In this document: in pieces, positions 18,278 through 26,880 of the stretch | Layout: every line of letters starts with the position of its first letter | How positions within the stretch are numbered: position 1 is the stretch's first letter | From: an uncultured Bacteroidales bacterium | GTDB taxonomy: Bacteria; Hydrothermota; 32-111 | Direction: 5' to 3' | Length of the DNA: 64,000 nucleotides | NCBI GenBank assembly: GCA_964544145.1 | Contig: CAZJAT010000005.1 | Location: forward strand, 19,882-83,881 | Program-made: the position numbers and the translations under genes | The notes under the pieces: model-generated | What the model was told of the DNA's origin: nothing | The model's input: the letters and a program-made list of their open reading frames with translations, nothing else | Database searches by the model: none

Positions 18278-19455
18278 TGGAGGTCATTATGCATTTACTT
18301 TTGTCAGAGGAACTCCTTGATGTAAAAACACTGGCCAGACAGCTTGCTGAGGAAAAAATAAAACCTGTTAGGGAAGAATGTGATGAAAAGGCTGAATTCC
18401 CCCACCAGGTTATGAAATATATGGCGCAAGCAGATATGTTTAGAGTATTTGTACCTGAAGAATATGATGGTATGGGTCTCGGTATGGCAGCTATGTCTAT
18501 TGCTACTGAAGAGTTCTCACGTGTAGATGCCGGGATTGCATTGGGGTATGCAGGAAGCGGATTGGGATGTACACCTATTTTACTTTACGGGAATGATGAG
18601 CAAAAAAAGAAATACCTTCCTTTAATAGCATCAGGTGAGAAATTGGCAGCATTTGGTCTGACTGAAGCGGATGCGGGTTCAGATGCAAGTAATATTAAGA
18701 CAATTGCAAAAAAAGATGGCAATGATTATATCTTAAATGGAACAAAACAGTTTATTACAAATGGTGAAGTTGCTGATGTATATATTGTTATTGCAAATGC
18801 GATCCCGGATAAGGGTGTAAGAGGACTTACGGCATTTATTGTGGATAAGGGAACAGAAGGATTTTCATTCGGAAAACATGAAAATAAGATGGGTATAAGG
18901 GCTTCAGCAACAAGCGAATTAGTATTTGATAATTGCAGAGTCAGCAAGGATAATATTCTTATTGGCGAAGGAAATGGATTTAAAGTGGCAATGAGAACTC
19001 TGGATTACTCACGTATAGGAGTAGGAGCTCAAGCACTGGGTATTGCTCAGGGTGCTTATGAAGCAGCAGTTGAATATGCTCAGGAGAGGGAACAGTTTGG
19101 CAAAAAAATAATCAGTTTTCAACTTGTGCAGGCGATGCTAGCAGATATGGCAATCAAGATTGAAGCCGCAAGAGCATTAACATATACAGGTTTGATTTAT
19201 ATGGACAGAGGAGGCAGGGATATTGCAAGAGTTAGTGCTCAAATAAAAACATTCTGTTCTGATGTAGCAATGGAAGTTACTACTAATGCAGTTCAAGTTC
19301 TTGGTGGTTATGGATATATGAAAGAATATCCTGTGGAAAAGATGATGAGGGATGCTAAAATCACTCAAATCTATGAAGGAACCAACCAAATTCAGCGTCT
19401 TGTTATTGCGAAAGAGATTATAAAACGTGGAGCCGAAATAACGGATATGTATTGA
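18277..19455 (+). CDS. Acyl-CoA dehydrogenase (short-chain/butyryl-CoA dehydrogenase-like)
   Basis: 392 aa; ACAD blocks GLTEADAGSDASN, GTKQFITNG, YEGTNQIQRLVIAKEI; 1-nt overlap with upstream gene. Confidence 0.85.
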   Translation: MEVIMHLLLSEELLDVKTLARQLAEEKIKPVREECDEKAEFPHQVMKYMAQADMFRVFVPEEYDGMGLGMAAMSIATEEFSRVDAGIALGYAGSGLGCTPILLYGNDEQKKKYLPLIASGEKLAAFGLTEADAGSDASNIKTIAKKDGNDYILNGTKQFITNGEVADVYIVIANAIPDKGVRGLTAFIVDKGTEGFSFGKHENKMGIRASATSELVFDNCRVSKDNILIGEGNGFKVAMRTLDYSRIGVGAQALGIAQGAYEAAVEYAQEREQFGKKIISFQLVQAMLADMAIKIEAARALTYTGLIYMDRGGRDIARVSAQIKTFCSDVAMEVTTNAVQVLGGYGYMKEYPVEKMMRDAKITQIYEGTNQIQRLVIAKEIIKRGAEITDMY

Positions 19456-19458
19456 TAT

Positions 19459-19908
19459 ATGGATAAATTAGTGCAGCAAGTGAGAAATATTGTTCAGCAT
19501 TCAAGAAGCAGGAACAATGCATTACAGAAAATATGTGATGTTCTTAGAGAAGAAGTGTCTGAATTTGACTGGGTAGGATTTTACACTATTTCAGAAAATG
19601 AAAAAAATATGCTGGAATTGGGACCTTATTCAGGGGATCCTACAGAGCATATTAAAATTCGTTTCGGTGATGGGGTATGCGGGCAGACTGCATTGACGAA
19701 TAAAACATTTATAATTCAGAATGTTAAAGAAGAAGCAAATTATCTATCATGTTCTCCTCATGTGAAAGCTGAGATTGTTGTTCCGATTTTTAAGGATAAT
19801 TGTTTTATTGCAGAATTGGATATTGACTCACACACACAAAATTCAATATCAGCAGACTATAAATTACTATGTGAAGATATAGCACACATAGTAGAAGAAT
19901 TATTTTAA
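19459..19908 (+). CDS. GAF-domain protein, free methionine-(R)-sulfoxide reductase-like (MsrC/YebR family)
   Basis: 149 aa; WVGFYTI...GPYSGDPTEHIKIRFGDGVCGQTAL...AEIVVPIF matches the fRMsr GAF signature. Confidence 0.65.
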   Translation: MDKLVQQVRNIVQHSRSRNNALQKICDVLREEVSEFDWVGFYTISENEKNMLELGPYSGDPTEHIKIRFGDGVCGQTALTNKTFIIQNVKEEANYLSCSPHVKAEIVVPIFKDNCFIAELDIDSHTQNSISADYKLLCEDIAHIVEELF

Positions 19909-19927
19909 GTATAGTTAGGAGGTCTTA

Positions 19928-20299
19928 ATGAAAGAACTTATTAAAAGTGATGACTTCAAAACAGAAAAACATATTCCAGTCATAGATATCCTGGAAAAAG
20001 GTGACAGGATTACAGTATCTGTTACAGTGGGAAAGGAGATACCTCATCCGAATACAACGGCCCATCACATAATGTGGATGGAATTATATTTTTTACCAAA
20101 GGATGATAAATTCCCTTATCTGTTGGGCAGGTATGAATTATCCTCACATGGCGCATCTGCTGAAGGTGCAGACACCAGTACTGTTTACAGCGAACCTCAT
20201 GTTCAAGCTGTTTTCAAAACAGGAAAAAAAGGTATATTGCATGCACTTTCTTATTGCAACATACACGGATTGTGGGAAAGTAAGGCTGAACTGAATTAA
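19928..20299 (+). CDS. Superoxide reductase, 1Fe-SOR/neelaredoxin type (no N-terminal desulforedoxin domain)
   Basis: KHIPVI, HHIMWMELYF, CNIHGLWE provide the His4Cys iron-site pattern; 123 aa; no N-terminal CxxC cluster. Confidence 0.85.
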   Translation: MKELIKSDDFKTEKHIPVIDILEKGDRITVSVTVGKEIPHPNTTAHHIMWMELYFLPKDDKFPYLLGRYELSSHGASAEGADTSTVYSEPHVQAVFKTGKKGILHALSYCNIHGLWESKAELN

Positions 20300-20318
20300 T
20301 AAATCAATATAAATATTG

Positions 20319-20348
20319 CATTGAACTTTATTGTTTCAATGTTTTTCC
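20319..20348 (+). terminator. Weak rho-independent terminator after the SOR gene (AT-rich 7-bp stem plus T-run)
   Basis: CATTGAA-N9-TTCAATG followed by TTTTTCC; overlaps the longest-ORF start of the next gene. Confidence 0.35.
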
Positions 20349-20363
20349 TTCTGGGGGCTATTT

Positions 20364-22109
20364 ATGGATATGCGCTGGGATTTATCTGTACTCTATAATT
20401 CATTCAATGACAAGAAATTTATAAATGACACGGATCATTTTCAATATCTGATAAATGAACTGAATGATTGGATTGATAAGATAGACAAGGACAGTAATAA
20501 ACAAGAAGTGATTGAAACATATATAAAATACACTCTGCAATTAGAAGATCTGATAGAAACACTATATAGATTTACCAACCTGTCAATTGCAGTTGACAGC
20601 AGTAATGATGATGCAAAAAAACACATGGATATTCTCAGAGGTAAAATGAATGGTTTAGTCCTGCCTGAAGTGAAGTTTAGAAAATGGTTGAAAGATATTG
20701 ATATTAAATTATTATTTGAGTCACAATTAATTAGAGATCACCAGTTTTATCTTGAAGAGATGAAAAAAAACGCAGGATATTTACTTAGCGATAAAGAGGA
20801 ACAATTGATATCAGATATGAGAATGACTGGTTCTAATTCATGGTCAATGCTGCAGAATATGCTTGTCAGTGAACTATCCGGAATTGTTGATGGTGAAGAA
20901 GTAACAGTCTCTGATTTGAAAAACAAATATTATGAAAATGACAGCAATGTTAGAAAAACTGCATATGATGAAGAGATGAGTATATATCCGAAGATTGCAA
21001 AGATCTCAGCAGCGGCACTTAATTCCATAAAGGGTGAAGTGATCACTATTTCAAAGAAAAGGGGATATCCTTCACCAATGCATATGACATTGCAGAATAG
21101 CAGGATGAATGAAAAAACACTCAATGCTATGATTGAGGCGATTGAAGACAAACTGCCGGTATTTGAAAAATATTTTATAAAGAAAGCTAAAATGCTTGGA
21201 CATGATAATGGACTTCCATTTTATGATATATTTGCGCCGATAAGTGATACTGAAATGAAATTCAGTTATGATGAAGCGAGGGAATTTATTGTATCAAATT
21301 TCAGAACATTCTCAGATGAATTGGCAGATTTTGCAGACAGAGCATTTGAAGAAAAATGGATTGATGCAGAACCAAGAAAGGGAAAGAGAGGGGGTGCTTT
21401 CTGCGCGGGAATACATTCAAAGAGGCAGTGCAGAGTATTGACTAATTTTGCGGGTACGTTTTCTAGTGTCACCACATTGGCTCACGAACTTGGGCATGGA
21501 TTTCACGGTTATTGTCTTTATGATGAGAGTTCCATTAATTGCAGTTATCCTATGCCTATTGCAGAAACAGCGTCAATTTTTTGTGAAAGTATTGTAGTTA
21601 ATGCTGCAATTGAGAAAGCAAGTGACACTCAAAAACTTAATATACTTGAAACACAAATTTCAGATGCTGGTCAGGTTATTGTTGATATTTACGGAAGATT
21701 TATCTTTGAGAGTGAATTCTTTAAAATGAGAGAAAATGCTCCATTAAGTTTGGATGAAATAAAATCATTATTTTCACATTCACAGATCAAGGCATATGGA
21801 TCCGGATTAGACAAAAAATATCTGCATCCCTATAGGTGGATTGATAAACCTCATTATTATTATGCAGGTTTGAATTTTTATAATTTTCCATATGCATTCG
21901 GTTTACTCTTTGCTAAGGGTCTGTATGCAATATACAAGAAGAAAGGTAATGCATTTGTTCCTGAGTATTTTGATATTCTTAAGAATTCAGGGAAGCATTA
22001 TATTGAAGATATTACTGCAATGGCAGGAATAGATATATCAAAACCAGACTTCTGGATTCAATCCCTATCCCTTATACAACAGGAAATTGAAACTTTTATA
22101 AAGCTCTGA
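20364..22109 (+). CDS. pepF: Oligoendopeptidase F (M3B family zinc metallopeptidase). Start moved to MDMRWDL (track ORF starts at 20331 inside the upstream hairpin).
   Basis: HEXXH motif TLAHELGHGFHG plus downstream Glu; ~580 aa typical for PepF. Confidence 0.85.
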   Translation: MDMRWDLSVLYNSFNDKKFINDTDHFQYLINELNDWIDKIDKDSNKQEVIETYIKYTLQLEDLIETLYRFTNLSIAVDSSNDDAKKHMDILRGKMNGLVLPEVKFRKWLKDIDIKLLFESQLIRDHQFYLEEMKKNAGYLLSDKEEQLISDMRMTGSNSWSMLQNMLVSELSGIVDGEEVTVSDLKNKYYENDSNVRKTAYDEEMSIYPKIAKISAAALNSIKGEVITISKKRGYPSPMHMTLQNSRMNEKTLNAMIEAIEDKLPVFEKYFIKKAKMLGHDNGLPFYDIFAPISDTEMKFSYDEAREFIVSNFRTFSDELADFADRAFEEKWIDAEPRKGKRGGAFCAGIHSKRQCRVLTNFAGTFSSVTTLAHELGHGFHGYCLYDESSINCSYPMPIAETASIFCESIVVNAAIEKASDTQKLNILETQISDAGQVIVDIYGRFIFESEFFKMRENAPLSLDEIKSLFSHSQIKAYGSGLDKKYLHPYRWIDKPHYYYAGLNFYNFPYAFGLLFAKGLYAIYKKKGNAFVPEYFDILKNSGKHYIEDITAMAGIDISKPDFWIQSLSLIQQEIETFIKL

Positions 22110-22280
22110 ATCTAAGGCCGGGCCTTGACATTTTGACATTTAAATTGTATTTAAATTTTTTGTAGGTTATGTTATAGAATGGCTTATGAGTTTTGGGAGT
22201 TGCCAATTTGTTAAATATGGGGCATTGTTCCACAAAAAACATTAAAAAAGTGTCAAAATGCCAAGGCCCGGCCTTAGATC
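22110..22280. repeat. REP doublet (REPIN/MITE-like). Two inverted copies of a ~29-nt element (core AAGGCCGGGCCTTGACATTTTGACAT) with a near-palindromic GC-rich head, separated by ~110 nt.
   Basis: Left copy ~22111-22139 (tctAAGGCCGGGCCTTGACATTTTGACAT); right copy ~22250-22280 is its reverse complement with 2 mismatches. The same element flanks the Y1 transposase gene at 60464-61452. Confidence 0.7.
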
Positions 22281-23338
22281 TTAGTGTTTACTATATATGG
22301 GGAATTGATTGTGGTGAGGGAGTTGAAGGTGAGTCCCGGCATGGGCAGCATACGTGCAGATAAAGGTTTCTGATATCTGTCTGATACAGATTTTAAATCA
22401 TTTATAAGAAGTGCGATTTGTTCAGAGCTTATATCACCGGGCAGGGGAATCATATCCAAACCGCAACCACAGACAGTTGAATACAGTATTATACTATAAG
22501 CATCAATTGTGCGCATAGACCAATAATGGGCAAGTCCCCTGTCTTCCATAATTGGAAACATAATTCCATTATATCCCGTCTTTTTGAAAGGAGAATCTTT
22601 GATTATATCTGTAATCTGTTTAACCAAAGCAAGTGTACCGCTGCTGCCAAATTGTGATATCATGAAATCAAATGCATACGCAATTGAGCCATCATTATCT
22701 ACAGACGGATTCAGTGAATAATCAGTGCCAATGTATTTATATCCTGAAATTTCCTCAATCTTATAGCCAATATTTTCAATCACACTGAATTGTCTGTACA
22801 GATGATCCCTCAATATGTTAATATCACGGTTTTCATTAAATGAGTTATACAATGTGTCTCCCCATTCCAACCCAATTGAAAAACCATAAATATCTGAACC
22901 GAATGAGGAGGGAAAAAACGGTATATATGGTATGAGATTTAGTCCGGCTGCAAATCTGAAATTATTCATTACATCCTCTTCGGCTAAATTCATCATTATT
23001 CTGGATGCATTATAAACACTGTCAACCGATTTACAATTATAGGATAATGAAAGATTTTTATTTTCATTAATAATAGTTGTAATAGCTGAATTGTCTACAT
23101 TCTCTTCATAAATTCCGAGACTTATAAACGGGAAATCATATTTGTCACCTAAATGATTTATTATTGAAGCATTCGTTAAATGATTTTTATTAGTGGTTAA
23201 TGAAATACGTACAGTTTGAATTTCCAAAGGATGACAAATGTTTTTTAGTAATGATTTTAATTCATTAAGATGTTTGAATTCATTTTCAAGAATGGTTTTT
23301 CCGTTTCCTGTAAAAAAAGTAATAGTCCTTATCTTCAT
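22274..23338 (-). CDS. UPF0210/DUF711-family protein (divergent member)
   Basis: N-terminal IRTITFFTGNG (cf. RTITMGISL) and C-terminal GIMFPIMEDRG...CGCGLDMIPLPGD...RMLPMPG (cf. FIPVSEDEG...CSVGLDMIAIPGD...RIIPAPG) match UPF0210 blocks. Stop codon lies inside the REP. Confidence 0.5.
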   Translation of the reverse strand: MKIRTITFFTGNGKTILENEFKHLNELKSLLKNICHPLEIQTVRISLTTNKNHLTNASIINHLGDKYDFPFISLGIYEENVDNSAITTIINENKNLSLSYNCKSVDSVYNASRIMMNLAEEDVMNNFRFAAGLNLIPYIPFFPSSFGSDIYGFSIGLEWGDTLYNSFNENRDINILRDHLYRQFSVIENIGYKIEEISGYKYIGTDYSLNPSVDNDGSIAYAFDFMISQFGSSGTLALVKQITDIIKDSPFKKTGYNGIMFPIMEDRGLAHYWSMRTIDAYSIILYSTVCGCGLDMIPLPGDISSEQIALLINDLKSVSDRYQKPLSARMLPMPGLTFNSLTTINSPYIVNTKI

Positions 23339-23357
23339 ACTGAAATTCTATCATAAT

Positions 23358-23654
23358 TTAACAGGAGGTCAATTGTCCCCAATATATAATTTTTTTAATA
23401 CATTTACATAAATTATCATTATCCATTCCTCTGTAGAGCATCAGTCTGCAATTGCGCTGTTTCATTTGGGTTAATATATCATTTGTCAATGTAGCAGTAA
23501 AAGGTAAAATAGATGATTTAATATCTCTGACAAGTATTTCATCAATTATTTCAAGAGCTTTGCAGCAATCAGAATCAATTACAATCAAAATTGCATCGCA
23601 TTCCATACCCGTGCATATGGAATTCTCAGTATCAATGCCGTGAGAATGACACAT
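23358..23654 (-). CDS. Small hypothetical protein, possibly a divergent ACT-like (UPF0237-type) partner of the UPF0210 gene. Real start may be the internal MECDAIL.
   Basis: 98 aa; AILIVIDSD...ALEIIDEIL...DIKSS...TLTNDILTQM loosely follows the UPF0237 ACT pattern; sits immediately upstream of the UPF0210 gene. Confidence 0.3.
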   Translation of the reverse strand: MCHSHGIDTENSICTGMECDAILIVIDSDCCKALEIIDEILVRDIKSSILPFTATLTNDILTQMKQRNCRLMLYRGMDNDNLCKCIKKIIYWGQLTSC

Positions 23655-23729
23655 TTAATTTTTAGAGCATTTTTAAATTACAAACATATTACTTGACTTT
23701 ATAATGTTATTTATAGTATCATTAAAATT

Positions 23730-26700
23730 ATGAATAAAATACCCAAAGCCAAGACTGTAAGAATTGGTTTGAGTTTTGTAAATCCACTTGTAATAATACT
23801 ATCCATTTTATTATCATTTACCTATATTTATGCAGATGATTATGTTCTGAAATCAGGTTGTGAATATGATTATCCGCCTTATTGTTTTGTTAATGAGGAT
23901 TCAATAGCAGATGGGTTTTCTGTAGAACTGCTTCAAGCAGTTATAGATGCGATGAATCTTAAGGTTTCCTTTAAAACATCAAATTGGAATGAATTGAAGA
24001 GTGAATTGGAGCAAGGAAAACTTGATGTGCTTCCCCTTGTGGGAAGAACACCTGAACGTGAGCATTACTTTGATTTTACAATACCCTATTTTCCTATGCA
24101 TGGTGCTATTGTTGTGCGTAAGGATAATCAAAGTATAAAGGTATTAGATGATATTAATGGAAAAAAAATCGCTGTTATGAGCGGGGATAATGCACAGGAA
24201 TTTGTGCAAAGTATTGATATAAATTGTGATATTATCACAACCCCCACATTCAAGGATGCTCTTAAAGATTTATCTGAGGGGAAATATGATGCAGTAATTA
24301 TACAGAGGCTATTAGCGATACAATTAATAAATGAATTAGGTATCAAGAATCTGAGAATTATTGAACCGCCTTTAGTTGAATTTAAGCAGAGTTTCTGTTT
24401 CGCAGTTCATGAAGGCAATAAGGAATTGTTGGCAAAACTTAATGAGGGATTGGCAATTGTTATTGCTGACGGTACTTATAGAATGCTTCACACAAAATGG
24501 TTTGCTTCTATACACTCCATGAAGAATCAGTCAATACTTGTCGGTTGTGATTATAATTATCCCCCATGGGAATTTCTTGATGAAAACGGAAATCCTGCAG
24601 GTTATAATGTTGACCTTACTAAAGCCATTGCCTTGGAAATGAATCTCAATATTGATTTCTATGTTTCTGACTGGGATGATGTTATCATGAGACTTAAAAA
24701 TGGTGACATAGACATTATACAGGGAATGTTCTACTCTGAGGAAAGAGCAAAAGTATTTGATTTGTCAAACCCTCACTTTGTAATCACTCAGACAGCCGTA
24801 ATTAGGGAAGATCATGAGAGAATCAATAGTGAAGAGGAATTACAATACATGACAGTGATTGTAGAAAAAAGCGATATTATGAATGAATATTCATTAAAAC
24901 ATGATATTGACAGTATTATTGAAGTAGAAACAACAGAGGAAGCCCTGCAGCTGCTGTCATTAGGAATCGGAGATTGCGTGCTTATGGGAAGAATACAGGC
25001 TCAGTATTTAATTGACAAAAATGAGTTGACAAATCTGGTAATCAGTGATTTGAGGATTGCATCATATGAATATTGTTATGCTGTATTTAAGGGTGATGAC
25101 AATATGCTGTCCATTTTTGATGAAGGATTGAGATTTATCAAGGAATCTGGCAAATACAGGGAATTACGAAACAAGTGGTTTGGTGTTTATGACAGAGATA
25201 ATTATTTTTCTATAATAAAGAATTCAATTATAATTTTGGTATTATTGATAATAATAATCATTGCAATAATGACTTGGTCATTTTCTCTCAGGCAAATGGT
25301 CCGAAGACGTACCATGGAGCTGGAAGTAGAGATTGATGAGCATAAAAGAGCTGAATCTGCATTAAAGGATGAAGAAAATCTACTTGCAGCTGTTATGAAT
25401 AATATTCCCGTTATGTTGATACAATACAGCAGCAATACTGATATCCGTATTTTAAATAATGAATTTGAGAAAAAGACAGGATGGAAGAATGAGGATTTGC
25501 AGGGCATTGATTTAATGTCTGAATTGTTTCCGGATGATAATTACAGAAGGGATGCAATTAAATATATGAGCAGTACATCGCTGAAATGGAAGGAATTTAC
25601 GCTTTTAACCAGAGATAGAGGGATGATAGATACAGAATGGTGCAGTGTAGAACTAGACAATAATGTGTATATTGGAATTGGGATTGATATCACTGAAAGA
25701 AAGAAGAATGAAGAACAGCTGAGAAAGATCGACAGACTTGATTCTCTTGGAATACTTGCAGGAGGCATTGCCCATGACTTCAATAATCTGCTTACCGGAA
25801 TTATAGGTAATCTCACTTTAATTTACTCAGACATTAAGGGTAAGAGTGAACTGGAGAGTGCTATTGAAGATGCTCTAAAATCATCAAACAGTGCAAGAGA
25901 CTTAACTAAGCAATTGCTTACATTCTCAAGTGGAGGAAGACCTGTAAAGAAAATACTGTTAATGAAAGAGATTATCAAAGATGCAGCTAGATTTGTTATG
26001 AGCGGTTCCAATAATAATTTAATAATGGATATTGCAGATAATTTGTGGAATGCAGAAGCAGATGAGTCGCAGATAAAACAGGTTTTACAAAATATTATAA
26101 TGAATGCCAATCAGTCTATGCCTTCAGGAGGCAATATAGATATATATGCTAAGAATGTGTATTTTGATAAAGTGGATTATCATATAAATAAAGGAAATTA
26201 TATTGAAATATGTATTTCAGATTCAGGTATAGGAATGGAACCGGATTTGATTGCAAAAGTTTTTGATCCATATTTTACAACTAAACAGGGTGGGAGCGGA
26301 TTGGGGCTTGCTATTGTCAGTTCCATTATTAAATCACATTCCGGATATATTGATATTAAGAGTGCTCCCGGAAAGGGTACTGCTGTAACAGTATATTTGC
26401 CGGCAACACTGAAAAGTGCAGATGAAATTGAAGAATTATCTATTATGGATAATACGAAGAGACAAGGACGTATACTCGTAATGGATGATGAGGATATGAT
26501 TTTAAAATTGGTGACAAAAATGCTTACAAGGGCAGGATACAGTGTTGAAACTGCGAAGAATGGGCAGGATGCTATCAATAAATATAGTGAAAGTATGAAT
26601 AATAACCAAAAATTCAATGCTGTTATACTGGATTTGACCATACCGGGGGGTATGGGAGGAAAGGAAACGGCTCAGCATATTCTTGATTTGGACATAAATG

Positions 26701-26849
26701 CCGTTCTTATTGTTTCAAGCGGTTATTCAAGTGATGATACAGTATCAAATTACACTGATTTCGGCTTTAAGGGTATGGTATTAAAACCATATCATATGCA
26801 GGATATGCTCAATGAAATCGAACGAGTACTTTTTAAAGAAAATAAATAA
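23730..26849 (+). CDS. Hybrid sensor histidine kinase/response regulator with two periplasmic solute-binding (SBP_bac_3-like) domains, TM helix, PAS, HisKA, HATPase_c and C-terminal REC domain
   Basis: Signal/TM at N-terminus; two repeats of the D..LL.......N.......W..... SBP pattern; TM IIILVLLIIIIIAIM; H-box GIAHDFNNLLTGIIGN; G-boxes DSGIGME/GGSGLGLA; REC ILVMDDEDMILKL...DLTIPGGMGG...KPY. Confidence 0.85.
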   Translation: MNKIPKAKTVRIGLSFVNPLVIILSILLSFTYIYADDYVLKSGCEYDYPPYCFVNEDSIADGFSVELLQAVIDAMNLKVSFKTSNWNELKSELEQGKLDVLPLVGRTPEREHYFDFTIPYFPMHGAIVVRKDNQSIKVLDDINGKKIAVMSGDNAQEFVQSIDINCDIITTPTFKDALKDLSEGKYDAVIIQRLLAIQLINELGIKNLRIIEPPLVEFKQSFCFAVHEGNKELLAKLNEGLAIVIADGTYRMLHTKWFASIHSMKNQSILVGCDYNYPPWEFLDENGNPAGYNVDLTKAIALEMNLNIDFYVSDWDDVIMRLKNGDIDIIQGMFYSEERAKVFDLSNPHFVITQTAVIREDHERINSEEELQYMTVIVEKSDIMNEYSLKHDIDSIIEVETTEEALQLLSLGIGDCVLMGRIQAQYLIDKNELTNLVISDLRIASYEYCYAVFKGDDNMLSIFDEGLRFIKESGKYRELRNKWFGVYDRDNYFSIIKNSIIILVLLIIIIIAIMTWSFSLRQMVRRRTMELEVEIDEHKRAESALKDEENLLAAVMNNIPVMLIQYSSNTDIRILNNEFEKKTGWKNEDLQGIDLMSELFPDDNYRRDAIKYMSSTSLKWKEFTLLTRDRGMIDTEWCSVELDNNVYIGIGIDITERKKNEEQLRKIDRLDSLGILAGGIAHDFNNLLTGIIGNLTLIYSDIKGKSELESAIEDALKSSNSARDLTKQLLTFSSGGRPVKKILLMKEIIKDAARFVMSGSNNNLIMDIADNLWNAEADESQIKQVLQNIIMNANQSMPSGGNIDIYAKNVYFDKVDYHINKGNYIEICISDSGIGMEPDLIAKVFDPYFTTKQGGSGLGLAIVSSIIKSHSGYIDIKSAPGKGTAVTVYLPATLKSADEIEELSIMDNTKRQGRILVMDDEDMILKLVTKMLTRAGYSVETAKNGQDAINKYSESMNNNQKFNAVILDLTIPGGMGGKETAQHILDLDINAVLIVSSGYSSDDTVSNYTDFGFKGMVLKPYHMQDMLNEIERVLFKENK

Positions 26850-26880
26850 ATTCGGATATAATTAATACAATGGAGGAGTA

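Noticed and set aside
20331-20363. Longer N-terminal extensions given by longest-ORF calls for pepF (20331), valS (44796), the RAYT (TTG at 61433) and the small ACT-like ORF (23654)
   Set aside because: The extensions overlap a terminator hairpin, lack an SD, or lie inside a REP, whereas downstream ATGs have good SDs. Starts were revised, except for the patatin gene where both options are kept open.
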